DNA of 64,000 nucleotides from Patescibacteria group bacterium (GCA_040753135.1 JBFMGR010000001.1:59252-123251); one strand, 5' to 3'. Counted from the stretch's first letter, positions 37,249-46,452 are shown. Made by a program: numbers and translations. Notes: generated by a model from the sequence alone, not told the origin.

Positions 37249-39126
37249 ATGGCAAAAATACTTGGAATTGATTTAGGAACAACTAATTCGGTGGTGGCAA
37301 TCACAGAAGGCGGCCAGCCCCGAGTTTTGGAGAATAAAGAAGGTTCAAGATTAACTCCTTCAGTGGTGGCGATTTCCAAAGCCGGCGAGCGTTTGATTGG
37401 AATCACGGCTAAAAGGCAAGCCGCGGTTAATCCCCAGAACACGATTTTTTCAGTGAAAAGATTAATCGGCCGGCATTTTTCTGATTCGGTGATTCAGAGT
37501 GATAAGAAAATGCTGCCTTATGAGATTACTGAAGCCAATAATGGCGGAGTTGAGGTTAAGATGGGAGAGAAAAACTATAAACCAGAAGAGATCTCAGCCA
37601 TGGTTTTAAGCAAACTTAAACAGGATGCTGAAGATAAGTTGGGAGAAAAAATTGAAGAAGCGATCATTACTTGCCCGGCTTATTTTGATGATTCCCAAAG
37701 GGCCGCGACCAAAGCCGCCGGAGAGATTGCCGGTTTCAAAGTCAAACGGGTTCTGCCCGAACCAACTGCTGCGGCTTTGGCTTATGGGTTTAACAAAAGA
37801 AAAAACGAGCAAATTTTGGTTTATGATTTTGGCGGCGGCACTTTTGACATTTCAGTATTGGAGATTGGCGACGACGTGATTGAGGTTAAGGGAATTGGCG
37901 GGGATTCTCACTTGGGCGGCGACGATTTTGACCAGAGAATTATTGATTTCATTGTCGCTGAATATAAAAAGCAAGAAGGAATTGATCTGTCAAAAGATAG
38001 CTTGGCTTTGCAGCGCTTGAAAGAAGTGGCAGAAAAAGCTAAACACGAGCTTTCAACCATGTTTGAGACCGAGATTAACCTGCCTTTTGTCACCTCTGAT
38101 GCTTCCGGCCCGAAACACCTTCTAATGAAGTTTTCCCGGTCCCAGTTAGAAGATCTGGTCAGGGATTATATAGAAAAGTCAATTCAGCTGGTTGACCAAA
38201 CTTTAAAAGAGATAAAATTAAAACCCGAAGAGATTGAAGAAGTCGTTTTGGTTGGCGGTCAGACCCGAATGCCGGCAATGCAAGAAGCAGTGAAGAAATA
38301 TTTTGGCAAAGAACCGCACAAAGATATCAATCCGGATGAAGTGGTAGCAATTGGTGCCGCAGTCCAAGCCGGGATTCTTCAGGGCGAAGTTAGAGATGTT
38401 TTGCTTCTGGATGCCGCGCCGCTGAGTTTGGGTATAGAAACATTGGGCGGAGTTTCCACCATAATGGTTCCCAAGAATACCACCGTGCCAACTGCCAGAA
38501 CCGAAGTTTTTTCCACTGCCGCAGATAACCAAACCTCGGTTGAGGTTCATGTTCTGCAGGGAGAAAGGCCAATGGCTCAAGACAATAAATCTTTGGGACG
38601 GTTTATTCTTGACGGGATTCCGCCGGCGCCCCGGGGCGTGCCCCAAGTAGAAGTCACTTTTGATATTGATGCTAACGGGATTCTTTCTGTGACCGCGGCA
38701 GATAAAGCCACCGGCAAAAAGCAGTCAATTAGAATTGAGGGGTCAACCAATCTGTCCCAAGAAGACATTGAAAAGATGAGAAAAGAAGCCGAGCTCCATC
38801 AGGAAGAAGACAAGAAAAAGAAAGAGTTAATTGAGGCAAGAAACTTGGCCGATAATTTGATTTATCAAACAGAAAAGTCTTTGCGCGACTGGGGGGACAA
38901 GATAGCCGAGGAGCTAAAAAAACAGTTAGAAGCAAAAACCGAAGAGCTGAAAAAAATAAAAGAAACCGATGATTTGCTTGCCATTAAAACCAAGACCGAA
39001 GAGCTGACTAAATTGCTTCAGGAAATTGGAGCAAAAATGTATCAGCAGACTCAAACAAGCCAAGAAAAACCAGAATCAGACCAAAGTTCAGAATCAGATA
39101 AAGACCAGAAAAAGAGCGAGGATTAA
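37249..39126 (+). CDS. dnaK: Chaperone DnaK (Hsp70).
   Basis: ILGIDLGTTNS, DFGGGTFD, VGGQTRMP motifs; 625 aa. Confidence 0.95.
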   Translation: MAKILGIDLGTTNSVVAITEGGQPRVLENKEGSRLTPSVVAISKAGERLIGITAKRQAAVNPQNTIFSVKRLIGRHFSDSVIQSDKKMLPYEITEANNGGVEVKMGEKNYKPEEISAMVLSKLKQDAEDKLGEKIEEAIITCPAYFDDSQRAATKAAGEIAGFKVKRVLPEPTAAALAYGFNKRKNEQILVYDFGGGTFDISVLEIGDDVIEVKGIGGDSHLGGDDFDQRIIDFIVAEYKKQEGIDLSKDSLALQRLKEVAEKAKHELSTMFETEINLPFVTSDASGPKHLLMKFSRSQLEDLVRDYIEKSIQLVDQTLKEIKLKPEEIEEVVLVGGQTRMPAMQEAVKKYFGKEPHKDINPDEVVAIGAAVQAGILQGEVRDVLLLDAAPLSLGIETLGGVSTIMVPKNTTVPTARTEVFSTAADNQTSVEVHVLQGERPMAQDNKSLGRFILDGIPPAPRGVPQVEVTFDIDANGILSVTAADKATGKKQSIRIEGSTNLSQEDIEKMRKEAELHQEEDKKKKELIEARNLADNLIYQTEKSLRDWGDKIAEELKKQLEAKTEELKKIKETDDLLAIKTKTEELTKLLQEIGAKMYQQTQTSQEKPESDQSSESDKDQKKSED

Positions 39127-39216
39127 TTTGTTTAGTAGCTTAATCTGATGTTTTTTGTTCGGCGTGGCACAATCGCGTTGAACATGATATAATCAGGACA
39201 AAAGATAGATACTGCT

Positions 39217-40218
39217 GTGTTTGAAAACAAATTAAAAACCAAATTAGTTTCAGTTTCTGACCCTCAAGCAAAAAGCTTATTTTTTAAAAAGGCGTTTTTA
39301 ATCGCTTTAAACTTGGGCTTGAGCGTTGCGGTGGCCGGGCTGATTCTGCGTTTAACCAATCCGGCTAACAGCTATACTCGGCTGGACCAGATTTTAATGT
39401 TAGCAACAGCTTCTGTCTGGCTTTGCGTTTATTTAATCTCTGGATTAGTTTTTTCTTTTGGCGCGGTTTTTGGCTTGAGTTTAGTTGGTTTTGGTTTGGT
39501 TTTTGCCCCGTTTTTTCGGTTTGTTGATTTAACGGTTTTCGGAATTTTGCTTGGTTTGAGCTTGGTTTTTGCCTGGTTATCCAGGCAAGCAGGAAAAAAG
39601 GTGATTAATAATTCATTAAAGTTAAGTCCGATTCAGATAATTGCGGTCAGCCGGGGCGGGTTAATCTTTGTTTTAAGCTTGCTGATTTCTTTGAGTTTAT
39701 GGTCAGTCAGGTTTGGCAGCTTATCAGCTCCGGACAAAATTGATTTTATTGGTCTGTTCGGCGGTTTTTATCCGAGTTTTGGCGAAGAGAAAACCGTTGA
39801 TGAGTTAACCGAGGGTTTGACGGAAAAACAATTAAGCAAGATTTTGGAGACAATGCTGCCTTCTGGCTTGCCTGGTCCCCAAGCCGAGATTATTAAACAG
39901 GGGGTTAAGCAAGAAACTAAAACCGGCATTTTAAAGGAAATCAGCAGTTTGGTTGGTCGGGAGATTTCGCCTCAAGAAACAATCTCTCAAGCGATTGAGT
40001 CTTCATTTAATTTTTATTACCAAAATTTGCCTGAATCAACCCGGAGAATAATTGATTTTGTGATTCTGGCCGCGCTTTTTGCTTTTTGGTTTGGCATTTT
40101 TCAGTTATTCAGCTTTGTTCTTTACGCGGTTTTTTGGCTAATTTTAGAAGTTTTACTGTTGTTAAAAGTGATTAAAGTGAGTATTATTACCGTAGAAAAA
40201 GAAGTTCTGACTATATGA
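39217..40218 (+). CDS. Hypothetical polytopic membrane protein.
   Basis: Multiple hydrophobic segments; no recognisable motif. Confidence 0.35.
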   Translation: MFENKLKTKLVSVSDPQAKSLFFKKAFLIALNLGLSVAVAGLILRLTNPANSYTRLDQILMLATASVWLCVYLISGLVFSFGAVFGLSLVGFGLVFAPFFRFVDLTVFGILLGLSLVFAWLSRQAGKKVINNSLKLSPIQIIAVSRGGLIFVLSLLISLSLWSVRFGSLSAPDKIDFIGLFGGFYPSFGEEKTVDELTEGLTEKQLSKILETMLPSGLPGPQAEIIKQGVKQETKTGILKEISSLVGREISPQETISQAIESSFNFYYQNLPESTRRIIDFVILAALFAFWFGIFQLFSFVLYAVFWLILEVLLLLKVIKVSIITVEKEVLTI

Positions 40219-40267
40219 TTTCCAGATGGTGCCAATTTACTATTTGATGCAGATAAACAAAAATTCT

Positions 40268-40407
40268 AAATCCTAAATCCTAAATAAATTAAAATGACCA
40301 AAATTGAAAATGTAAAACAGTTTAGAATTTGGATATTGGGATTTTGGAATTGTTTAGGGCTTAGATATTAGAATTTAGAATTTATAGACAAGATTTGTAA
40401 ATTAGCA
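40268..40407 (+). repeat. ~135-nt intergenic repeat, copy A; ~88% identical to 48614–48746.
   Basis: Direct alignment of the two regions; both lie immediately upstream of a + strand gene. Confidence 0.6.
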
Positions 40408-40449
40408 TTATATTATTATCTGTAATCTGTAGATTAGCATCGTATTTTT

Positions 40450-40962
40450 ATGAAGGATTATTACAAAATTTTAGGCGTTTCTGAAACTGCCTCAATCGAA
40501 GAAATTAAAAAAGCTTACCGTAAATTAGCCCATCAATATCATCCGGACCGGGCAGACGGGAATGAAACTAAGTTTAAGGAGATTAATGAAGCCTATCAAA
40601 CGCTTTCTAACCAAGAGAAAAGGCGGCAGTATGATGCCAGGCGGAATTTCGGCGCTGGCGGATTTGATTTTGGCTTTGGCCCGTTTGGGTTTTCCGGCCA
40701 AAGCAGTTATGGTTGGCAAAGCTTAGACGATCTGCTTTCCGAGTTTTTCGGCGGCATGGCCGGAGCCGGGTTTTCTGGCCAGTATCAAGGCGGATTTGGT
40801 TCAAGAACTAAAACCGCTCCCAAACAGATTGTTCGGTTAAGCTACCAGGGGCCTAAAGGAGTGGTTTTGACTGTCGAGTTGGCCGGAGTTTCCGGTTTGG
40901 AGCCAAAACTTAAACAGGTAATTGACGAGTTTTCCCAAAAAATATTCAAGGAGGTAGGATAA
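40450..40962 (+). CDS. J-domain protein (DnaJ-like with J domain and G/F region, no zinc-finger/CTD).
   Basis: DYYKILGV…[13 protein letters not shown] with the HPD motif; Gly/Phe-rich linker. Confidence 0.65.
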   Translation: MKDYYKILGVSETASIEEIKKAYRKLAHQYHPDRADGNETKFKEINEAYQTLSNQEKRRQYDARRNFGAGGFDFGFGPFGFSGQSSYGWQSLDDLLSEFFGGMAGAGFSGQYQGGFGSRTKTAPKQIVRLSYQGPKGVVLTVELAGVSGLEPKLKQVIDEFSQKIFKEVG

Positions 40963-40997
40963 GATGAATAAATCCTAATTTTCAATTTACAATTTCT

Positions 40998-41036
40998 CTG
41001 CCAGAGGCAGATCCGCCTTTGGCGGACAATTTCCAG
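40998..41036. repeat. ggcggatccgcc-family double-hairpin element (variant gcagatccgcctttggcggacaatttccag), copy 1 of 5.
   Basis: Shares a core with 45584, 46859, 48588 and 49468. Confidence 0.5.
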
Positions 41037-41173
41037 TGAATTTCAATAATTTAATCTCAAATCACAAACACTAAAATTCAGATAAATTTTAATGATTATA
41101 ATTCAAATTTCTTGAAGTCTGAAAATTTAAAAACTGGAGCTTGATTGAGAATTGATAATTGAAAATTAAAGTT

Positions 41174-41301
41174 TGCCATGGATCCCGTTAGAAATTCAAC
41201 GATAATTAAACGAATTAAGTTTTTGATTAAGGCAAAACCGACAACTATCTTCGTATTATTGAATAAAGAATTAACTTGCTTAAATTTCTAACGGGATGGA
41301 T
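41174..41301 (+). mobile_element. Second copy of the MITE-like element; it ends in the ATG of rmuC.
   Basis: Aligns to 13376–13503 with conserved terminal inverted repeats. Confidence 0.6.
41178..41291 (+). CDS. Small ORF, copy 2 (MDPVRNSTIIKRIKFLIKAKPTTIFVLLNKELTCLNF).
   Basis: Same 37-codon length and frame as 13380–13493; its stop lies 4 nt before the rmuC ATG. Confidence 0.45.
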   Translation: MDPVRNSTIIKRIKFLIKAKPTTIFVLLNKELTCLNF

Positions 41302-42336
41302 ATTATTTTAGTGATTGTAATTTTGGGGTTTGTGGTTTTGGCGTTTATTTTTGGCTTTGTCATTTATCTGCTTTTAAAAAAACAGCAAGACGACCAGATT
41401 CAAAATCAGTCAATCAATTCTTTAGGCGAGTCAATCTCCAAGATGCAGGTTCAGCTGATGGAGCATTTGGCCAATCAATTAAGCGCGGTTAGGGGCAGTT
41501 TGGATAATACTGTGGGCAAAAACATTCAGCGGTTTTCCGAAGAGTTTGTTGGCGTTAAAGAAGATTTAAAAAGAGTCGGCGAGATTTACCAAAGCGTTGA
41601 CAATCTTCAAAAAATCTTTAAATCGCCAAAGCTACGGGGCAACTGGGGCGAGGCATCTCTTGAGCATCTGCTTTCCCAGCACTATCCCAAAGAGCTTTAC
41701 GACCTTCAGCATATGTTTTCTTCAGGCGAACGGGCCGATGCGGCGTTTAAACTGCCCGATGGCAAGATAATTGCGATTGATGCCAAATTCCCTTTGGAAA
41801 ACTTTTCCAAACTTCAAGTGGTGGAAACTGATCTGGAGAAAGAAGCAATAGAAAAAACCTTTATCCAGGATGTTAAAGCCCGGATTGACGAGATTGGCCA
41901 AAAATACATTTTGCCCTCAGAGGGGACTTTGGATTACGCGATTATGTATGTGCCGGCTGAAGCGGTTTATTATGAGATCGTTAATCCGGCGACCAAAGCA
42001 AGCAAGGACGACTTGATTTCTTATGCTTGGTCTAAGAAAGTGATTATTGCTTCGCCAAATCTGTTTTACCTGACTTTAAAAACAGTTGAGCATTGGTTTC
42101 GTGATGTTCAGATTTCTAAACAAACCCAAGGTATTTTAAAGAGATTTGAGAGAATCAGAAAAGACGGCGAAAAATTAGCTGAAGATTTCCGGCTTTTGGG
42201 CAAGCACCTGGGCAATGCCCAGTCAGCTTTTAACAACACTGAAAAACGGCTTGATTTAATGGTTGGCAAAGTTGACCAATTAACCTCAATTAAAGTTAAA
42301 GGCGAGCTAGAAGAACCGGAAGGGGAAAGTGAATGA
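41296..42336 (+). CDS. rmuC: DNA recombination protein RmuC.
   Basis: N-terminal transmembrane segment, long coiled coil, C-terminal nuclease-like region (…AIDAKFPLENF…). Confidence 0.6.
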   Translation: MDIILVIVILGFVVLAFIFGFVIYLLLKKQQDDQIQNQSINSLGESISKMQVQLMEHLANQLSAVRGSLDNTVGKNIQRFSEEFVGVKEDLKRVGEIYQSVDNLQKIFKSPKLRGNWGEASLEHLLSQHYPKELYDLQHMFSSGERADAAFKLPDGKIIAIDAKFPLENFSKLQVVETDLEKEAIEKTFIQDVKARIDEIGQKYILPSEGTLDYAIMYVPAEAVYYEIVNPATKASKDDLISYAWSKKVIIASPNLFYLTLKTVEHWFRDVQISKQTQGILKRFERIRKDGEKLAEDFRLLGKHLGNAQSAFNNTEKRLDLMVGKVDQLTSIKVKGELEEPEGESE

Positions 42337-42545
42337 TGAATCAGGAATGATGAATTAATCTCCTTAATATTTTATCAGCGAATAGCGGATTTATACGAAT
42401 AAATGAATGAAATAAATCAAAAGTCAAAATGACAGATTAAAATGTAAAAAAATCTCAAAATTTGAAAAAATTTAAACCTCTGAAAATTGAAATATTGAAA
42501 ATTCATTGAAAATTGAAAATTAGAAATTAGAAATTCTTTAGGTTT

Positions 42546-43283
42546 ATGCTAGACACCACCCATGTTTTAACTGGTTTGGTTATTGGCAAGTATCTGAAAA
42601 ATCCTATCTTGGCTTTTGGCGCTGGAGTTTTGTCCCATTTTGTTTTAGACGCCATTCCTCATTGGGATGGAACAAAGACGCTTAATGCGTCTTTGTTCCG
42701 AAGCGAAGCGAAGGTGGGAGAAAAGACTTTTTCAAAGTCTTTTCTCCGCAGTGAGGCGAGCGAAGAAACAAAGAGAGCTGGCGTAGCTTTGTTGCGAGCC
42801 GAACAAGGTGGAACAAAGACGCTTAATGCGTCTTTGTTCCGAAGCGAAGCGGAGGTGGAAGGAAAGACGCTTAATGCGTCTTTGTTCCGAGCGGAGCGAG
42901 ATGGAGAAGGGGGGCTAAATGATGCTGAATGCCGAATAAGATTCACCCGAGAGGGCAAGATTATTTTAGGCCTAGATATCTTAATCAGTTTGATTATTTT
43001 TTTATTTCTATCAATCAAAGGCCCGCTCTGGCCCGATTTTCCTAACCCTAATTCGTTATTCATCATTCTTCATTCTAATTTGTCCTGGGTTGCCGGAGTT
43101 TTTGGCGCTTTATTGCCGGACATTTTATTATTGGCTTATATTTTTTATCCTTCAGCCAAATTAAAAAAGCTTTCTGTTTTTGAATTCCATAAAAATATCC
43201 AAAGAAAAATTCCAATGATTCCGGGGTTGGTCTTTCAGTTAATCTGGATTAGTTTTTGCTTGTATTTTTTTGTTTTATCTTGA
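42546..43283 (+). CDS. YdjM/DUF457-like membrane-bound metal-dependent hydrolase, carrying an in-frame ~75-aa hairpin-repeat insertion.
   Basis: N-terminal HVLTGLVIGKYL…SHFVLDAIPHWD and C-terminal GALLPDILLLAY motifs; the middle is encoded by the tandem hairpin array. Confidence 0.5.
   Translation: MLDTTHVLTGLVIGKYLKNPILAFGAGVLSHFVLDAIPHWDGTKTLNASLFRSEAKVGEKTFSKSFLRSEASEETKRAGVALLRAEQGGTKTLNASLFRSEAEVEGKTLNASLFRAERDGEGGLNDAECRIRFTREGKIILGLDILISLIIFLFLSIKGPLWPDFPNPNSLFIILHSNLSWVAGVFGALLPDILLLAYIFYPSAKLKKLSVFEFHKNIQRKIPMIPGLVFQLIWISFCLYFFVLS
42669..42890. repeat. Array of five ~45-bp units, each holding a perfect hairpin (for example ggaacaaagacgc-ttaat-gcgtctttgttcc), embedded in-frame in the ydjM-like gene.
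   Basis: Units 1, 4 and 5 are near-identical. Units 2 and 3 differ in sequence but stay palindromic, i.e. the changes are compensatory. Confidence 0.7.
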
Positions 43284-43313
43284 CAAAAGGGGAAGATAGA
43301 TTATAATGACTTA

Positions 43314-43340
43314 TTAGCAATCTATATTGTAGATTGCTAA
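43314..43340 (+). promoter_or_regulatory. CIRCE operator TTAGCAATC-N9-GATTGCTAA upstream of groES.
   Basis: Perfect 9-bp inverted repeat with a 9-nt spacer, ~30 nt upstream of the groES start. Confidence 0.7.
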
Positions 43341-43367
43341 TTAAATAATTAACTGATTAAAAGAGTT

Positions 43368-43673
43368 ATGAAAATAAAACCATTATCAGATTATATTCTG
43401 ATTGAACCATTAAAAGAAGAAAAAACCACTTCTTCCGGGATTATCATTCCGGAGACCGCTTCAGAAGAGCGACCCCAAAAAGGTAAAGTTATTGCCGTTG
43501 GTCCGGGCAAATTAAATGATAAAGGCGAGCGGGTAGCGATGGAGATTAAGGTTAACCAAGAAGTGCTTTTCAAAAAGTACGGGCCAGACGAAATTAAGGT
43601 CAGAGACGAGTCCGGCAAAGAGGTTGAGTATTTAATTGCCAGAGAAGAAGACATTCTCGCCATTATAGAATAA
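43368..43673 (+). CDS. groES: Co-chaperonin GroES.
   Basis: MKIKPLSDYILIEP…; 101 aa. Confidence 0.9.
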   Translation: MKIKPLSDYILIEPLKEEKTTSSGIIIPETASEERPQKGKVIAVGPGKLNDKGERVAMEIKVNQEVLFKKYGPDEIKVRDESGKEVEYLIAREEDILAIIE

Positions 43674-43785
43674 TGGCAAAATTCCCAACTCCCAAATTTC
43701 AATTTCCAATTCTCATTGATTTATCAACCTTATATGTTTGGGAATTGTAAAATTGTAAATTTATTGAAAATTAAAAATTGTAAAA

Positions 43786-45441
43786 TTGAAAATTATGAGT
43801 AAGCAAATTTTATACAAAGATAAAGCTAGGGAGGCGTTAAAAAAAGGTGTTGATAAAGTCGCCAATGTGGTTAAAGTGACTTTAGGCCCAAAAGGCAGAA
43901 ATGTAATTTTAGACAAAAGCTATGGTTCGCCAATAATTACCAAAGACGGCGTTACCGTGGCAAAAGAGATTTCTTTGGAAAATAAACTGGAAAATATTGC
44001 GGCTGAATTGGTTAAGGAAGCAGCCCAGAAAACCGCTGATATTGCTGGAGATGGCACCACGACTGCGGCGCTTTTGGTTCAGGCAATTGTCAATGAAGGA
44101 TTTTCTCAAGTTGCTTCCGGATCTAACCCGGTGCTTTTGAAGAAAGGAATCGACAAAGCTTTGGCAAAAGTTTTAGAGATGTTGTCAGAGCAAAGCGTAA
44201 AAATAGAGGATAAGAAAAAAGTTGAAGAAGTTGCCTCAATCTCGGCGAATAACGATCCGGAAATCGGCAAGCTGATTGCCGAGGTGTTTAATGAGATTGG
44301 CAAAGAAGGCGTGGTTACGGTTGAGGAATCCCAAACCTTAGGTTTGTCTCGGGAAACCGTTGAGGGTCTTCAGTTTGACCGGGGCTATGTTTCTCCTTAT
44401 ATGATTACTGACGCAGAAAGAATGGAAGCGGTTTTGGAAGATCCCTATATTCTGATTACTGACCAGAAAATCTCGGCTATGAACGAGCTTTTGCCGGTTC
44501 TGGAAAAGATTATCCAATCGGGCAAAAAGAACATTGTTTTGATTGCTGAGGACATAGAGGGTGAAGCTTTGGCGACTCTGGTGGTCAATAAGCTTCGCGG
44601 CACTTTTAATGCTTTGGCAATTAAAGCGCCCGGGTTTGGCGACAGAAGAAAAGAGTTGCTGGAAGATATTGCCGCGATTACTGGGGGCAAGCTGATTTCT
44701 CCAGATCTTGGCTTAAAACTGGAAGGCGCAGATTTAAATATGCTTGGCCAGGCCCATCGAGTGGTGGCTAATAAAGACAACGCCACGATAGTTGGCGGCA
44801 AAGGCGAAAAAAACAAAATTGAAGAAAGAATCAAACAGATTCGTTCGCTTTTAGAAAAGTCAGAATCAGAGTTTGACAAAGAAAAATACGAAGAAAGGCT
44901 GGCCAAGCTCTCCGGCGGCGTGGCAGTGATTAAAGTCGGCGCCGTGACCGAAACCGAAATGAAAGAGAAAAAATTCAGGATTGAAGACGCGATTCATGCG
45001 ACTCGGGCAGCCCTGGAAAGTGGGATTGTTTCTGGCGGCGGCGTGGCTTTGTTTGATATCAGCCGCGAGTTGAGAAAGAACAAAGATAAGCTTTTTCCGG
45101 TTTTTGGCGACGAGAATCGGGGCGTGGAGATTGTTCTTCGAGCTTTGGAATATCCGATTAGAACGATTGCCGAGAATTCGGGCAAATCAGCAGAAGATGT
45201 GTTCAATACTTTGGTTAAAGAAGATAGAACCGGTTATGGCTTTAATGCTTTGACTGGCGAGTTTGTTGATATGATTGAAGCCGGGATTCTTGACCCAACC
45301 AAAGTGGTTAAATCAGCTATTTCCAATGCTGCTTCTGTGGCTGGGTTAATCTTAATCTCTGACGCGATCGTGGCAGACAAACCAGAAGAAAAAGACAAGC
45401 CAGAGATGCCCGGTGGCTATCCCGGCGGAGAAGATTATTAA
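43786..45441 (+). CDS. groEL: Chaperonin GroEL.
   Basis: AGDGTTTA motif; C-terminal GGM-like tail; 551 aa. Confidence 0.95.
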   Translation: MKIMSKQILYKDKAREALKKGVDKVANVVKVTLGPKGRNVILDKSYGSPIITKDGVTVAKEISLENKLENIAAELVKEAAQKTADIAGDGTTTAALLVQAIVNEGFSQVASGSNPVLLKKGIDKALAKVLEMLSEQSVKIEDKKKVEEVASISANNDPEIGKLIAEVFNEIGKEGVVTVEESQTLGLSRETVEGLQFDRGYVSPYMITDAERMEAVLEDPYILITDQKISAMNELLPVLEKIIQSGKKNIVLIAEDIEGEALATLVVNKLRGTFNALAIKAPGFGDRRKELLEDIAAITGGKLISPDLGLKLEGADLNMLGQAHRVVANKDNATIVGGKGEKNKIEERIKQIRSLLEKSESEFDKEKYEERLAKLSGGVAVIKVGAVTETEMKEKKFRIEDAIHATRAALESGIVSGGGVALFDISRELRKNKDKLFPVFGDENRGVEIVLRALEYPIRTIAENSGKSAEDVFNTLVKEDRTGYGFNALTGEFVDMIEAGILDPTKVVKSAISNAASVAGLILISDAIVADKPEEKDKPEMPGGYPGGEDY

Positions 45442-45480
45442 AAAGAGGGCAAAGCTTATAGATTTAAGATTTAAGAAAAC

Positions 45481-45520
45481 AATATTCCAACATTCTTGAG
45501 AATGTTGGAATATTGTTTTT
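45481..45520 (+). terminator. Copy 3 of the palindrome aatattccaacattcttgagaatgttggaatatt followed by ttttt; the groEL terminator.
   Basis: Perfect 15-bp stem plus T-run, 40 nt after the groEL stop. Confidence 0.6.
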
Positions 45521-45583
45521 AAGAGATGATCTTGTAAATTTGCTTCTTAAGTAATAAAATGGGCTTTATGCCAGAGTAGTTTC

Positions 45584-45617
45584 TGCCAGGGGCGGATCCG
45601 CCCTTGGCGGGCAGTGT
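45584..45617. repeat. ggcggatccgcc double-hairpin element, copy 2.
   Basis: ctgccaggggcggatccgcccttggcgggcagtg. Confidence 0.5.
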
Positions 45618-45644
45618 ATTTCTTGAAACAAAACATTATCTTTT

Positions 45645-45717
45645 GCCGAGATAGCTCAGTTGGCAGAGCACGCCCTTGGTAAGGGCGAGGTCCCGGGTTC
45701 AAGTCCCGGTCTCGGCT
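45645..45717 (+). tRNA. tRNA-Thr (anticodon GGT).
   Basis: Acceptor GCCGAGA/TCTCGGC, anticodon loop TTGGTAA, T-arm CCGGG-TTCAAGT-CCCGG. Confidence 0.8.
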
Positions 45718-45870
45718 CAAAATTTGCTAATCGCTAATAGCAAATGGCGAATAGCAAATAATTTTCCTGCCGAAGGTCTCTCCGAGAGAAATAAAATAAC
45801 TGTTGAAATATTGCTAATATTTAATAAATAGTTTAGAATCTGGAATTAATATTTAGAGTTTATAGAATTT

Positions 45871-46047
45871 ATGGAACCCCGCTCTTATTTTGCGGGAAGC
45901 AGAGTGTCGGTTCGCTGGGTTAAAAAGGTTTGTGGCTATCCGCCAGCCGCGAGCCGAGAAAATTAAACAAAATTGGTCATAAGTAATTAATTTTTATTGA
46001 GCGTTAACGGACGGCAAAATAAGAGCGGGGTGCTCATTTTTGTAGCC
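45871..46047 (+). ncRNA. Candidate structured RNA (~180 nt) closed by a 17-bp long-range helix (ccccgctcttattttgc … gcaaaataagagcgggg), upstream of rpmG. Identity unknown.
   Basis: Long-range perfect complementarity is read directly. The region is non-coding and sits between tRNA-Thr and rpmG. Confidence 0.3.
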
Positions 46048-46070
46048 AATCGCCGCGCTCTTGGACAAAA

Positions 46071-46259
46071 ATGGCAAAAAAAGGCGCAAAAAAATCAAAA
46101 TATTCAGAAAACTTGATTAAGTTCCAGTGCCAGGAATGTAAGATGTTTAATTATTATTCCCGGAAAAACAAAAAACTGGTAGAAAGGAAGCTGGAATACA
46201 AAAAGTTTTGTAAGCACTGCCGCAAGCACACTTTGCACAAAGAAACCAAGAAAAAGTAG
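46071..46259 (+). CDS. rpmG: 50S ribosomal protein L33.
   Basis: 62 aa; C…CxxC…CxxC; KFCKHCRKHTLHKE. Confidence 0.75.
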   Translation: MAKKGAKKSKYSENLIKFQCQECKMFNYYSRKNKKLVERKLEYKKFCKHCRKHTLHKETKKK

Positions 46260-46303
46260 GCCACTTGGCGGAATTTTCAATTGTTCTGACTTCACCAGAT
46301 TTT

Positions 46304-46336
46304 GTCGTAGCTACGCTAGATCTCGCATAGCGAGAC
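46304..46336. repeat. Inverted copy of the 33-nt element at 3927–3959.
   Basis: Reverse complement matches with 2 mismatches. Confidence 0.6.
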
Positions 46337-46452
46337 ATAGCGAGACAATTTTCAATTTTCAATGGAATTGGCTTGTTTTAAGTTTTGTTTTATAATACTG
46401 TTTAGAATTAAAAGTTAGTAATTACTAATTAGAAATTAGGAATTATTCCCTT

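Noticed and set aside
42669-42890. Possible CRISPR array, based on the regularly spaced palindromic repeats.
   Set aside because: The 'spacers' are themselves hairpin variants rather than unique sequences. The array is in-frame inside a protein gene, the unit structure is irregular, and no cas genes are nearby.
42659-43066. 135-aa minus-strand ORF.
   Set aside because: It is antisense to the hairpin array and the ydjM-like gene. Its repetitive translation derives from the palindromes, so it is unlikely to be a real gene.
46104-46362. Two minus-strand ORFs (63 and 71 aa).
   Set aside because: They are antisense to rpmG (L33), which has a clear ribosomal-protein signature, so they are shadow ORFs.
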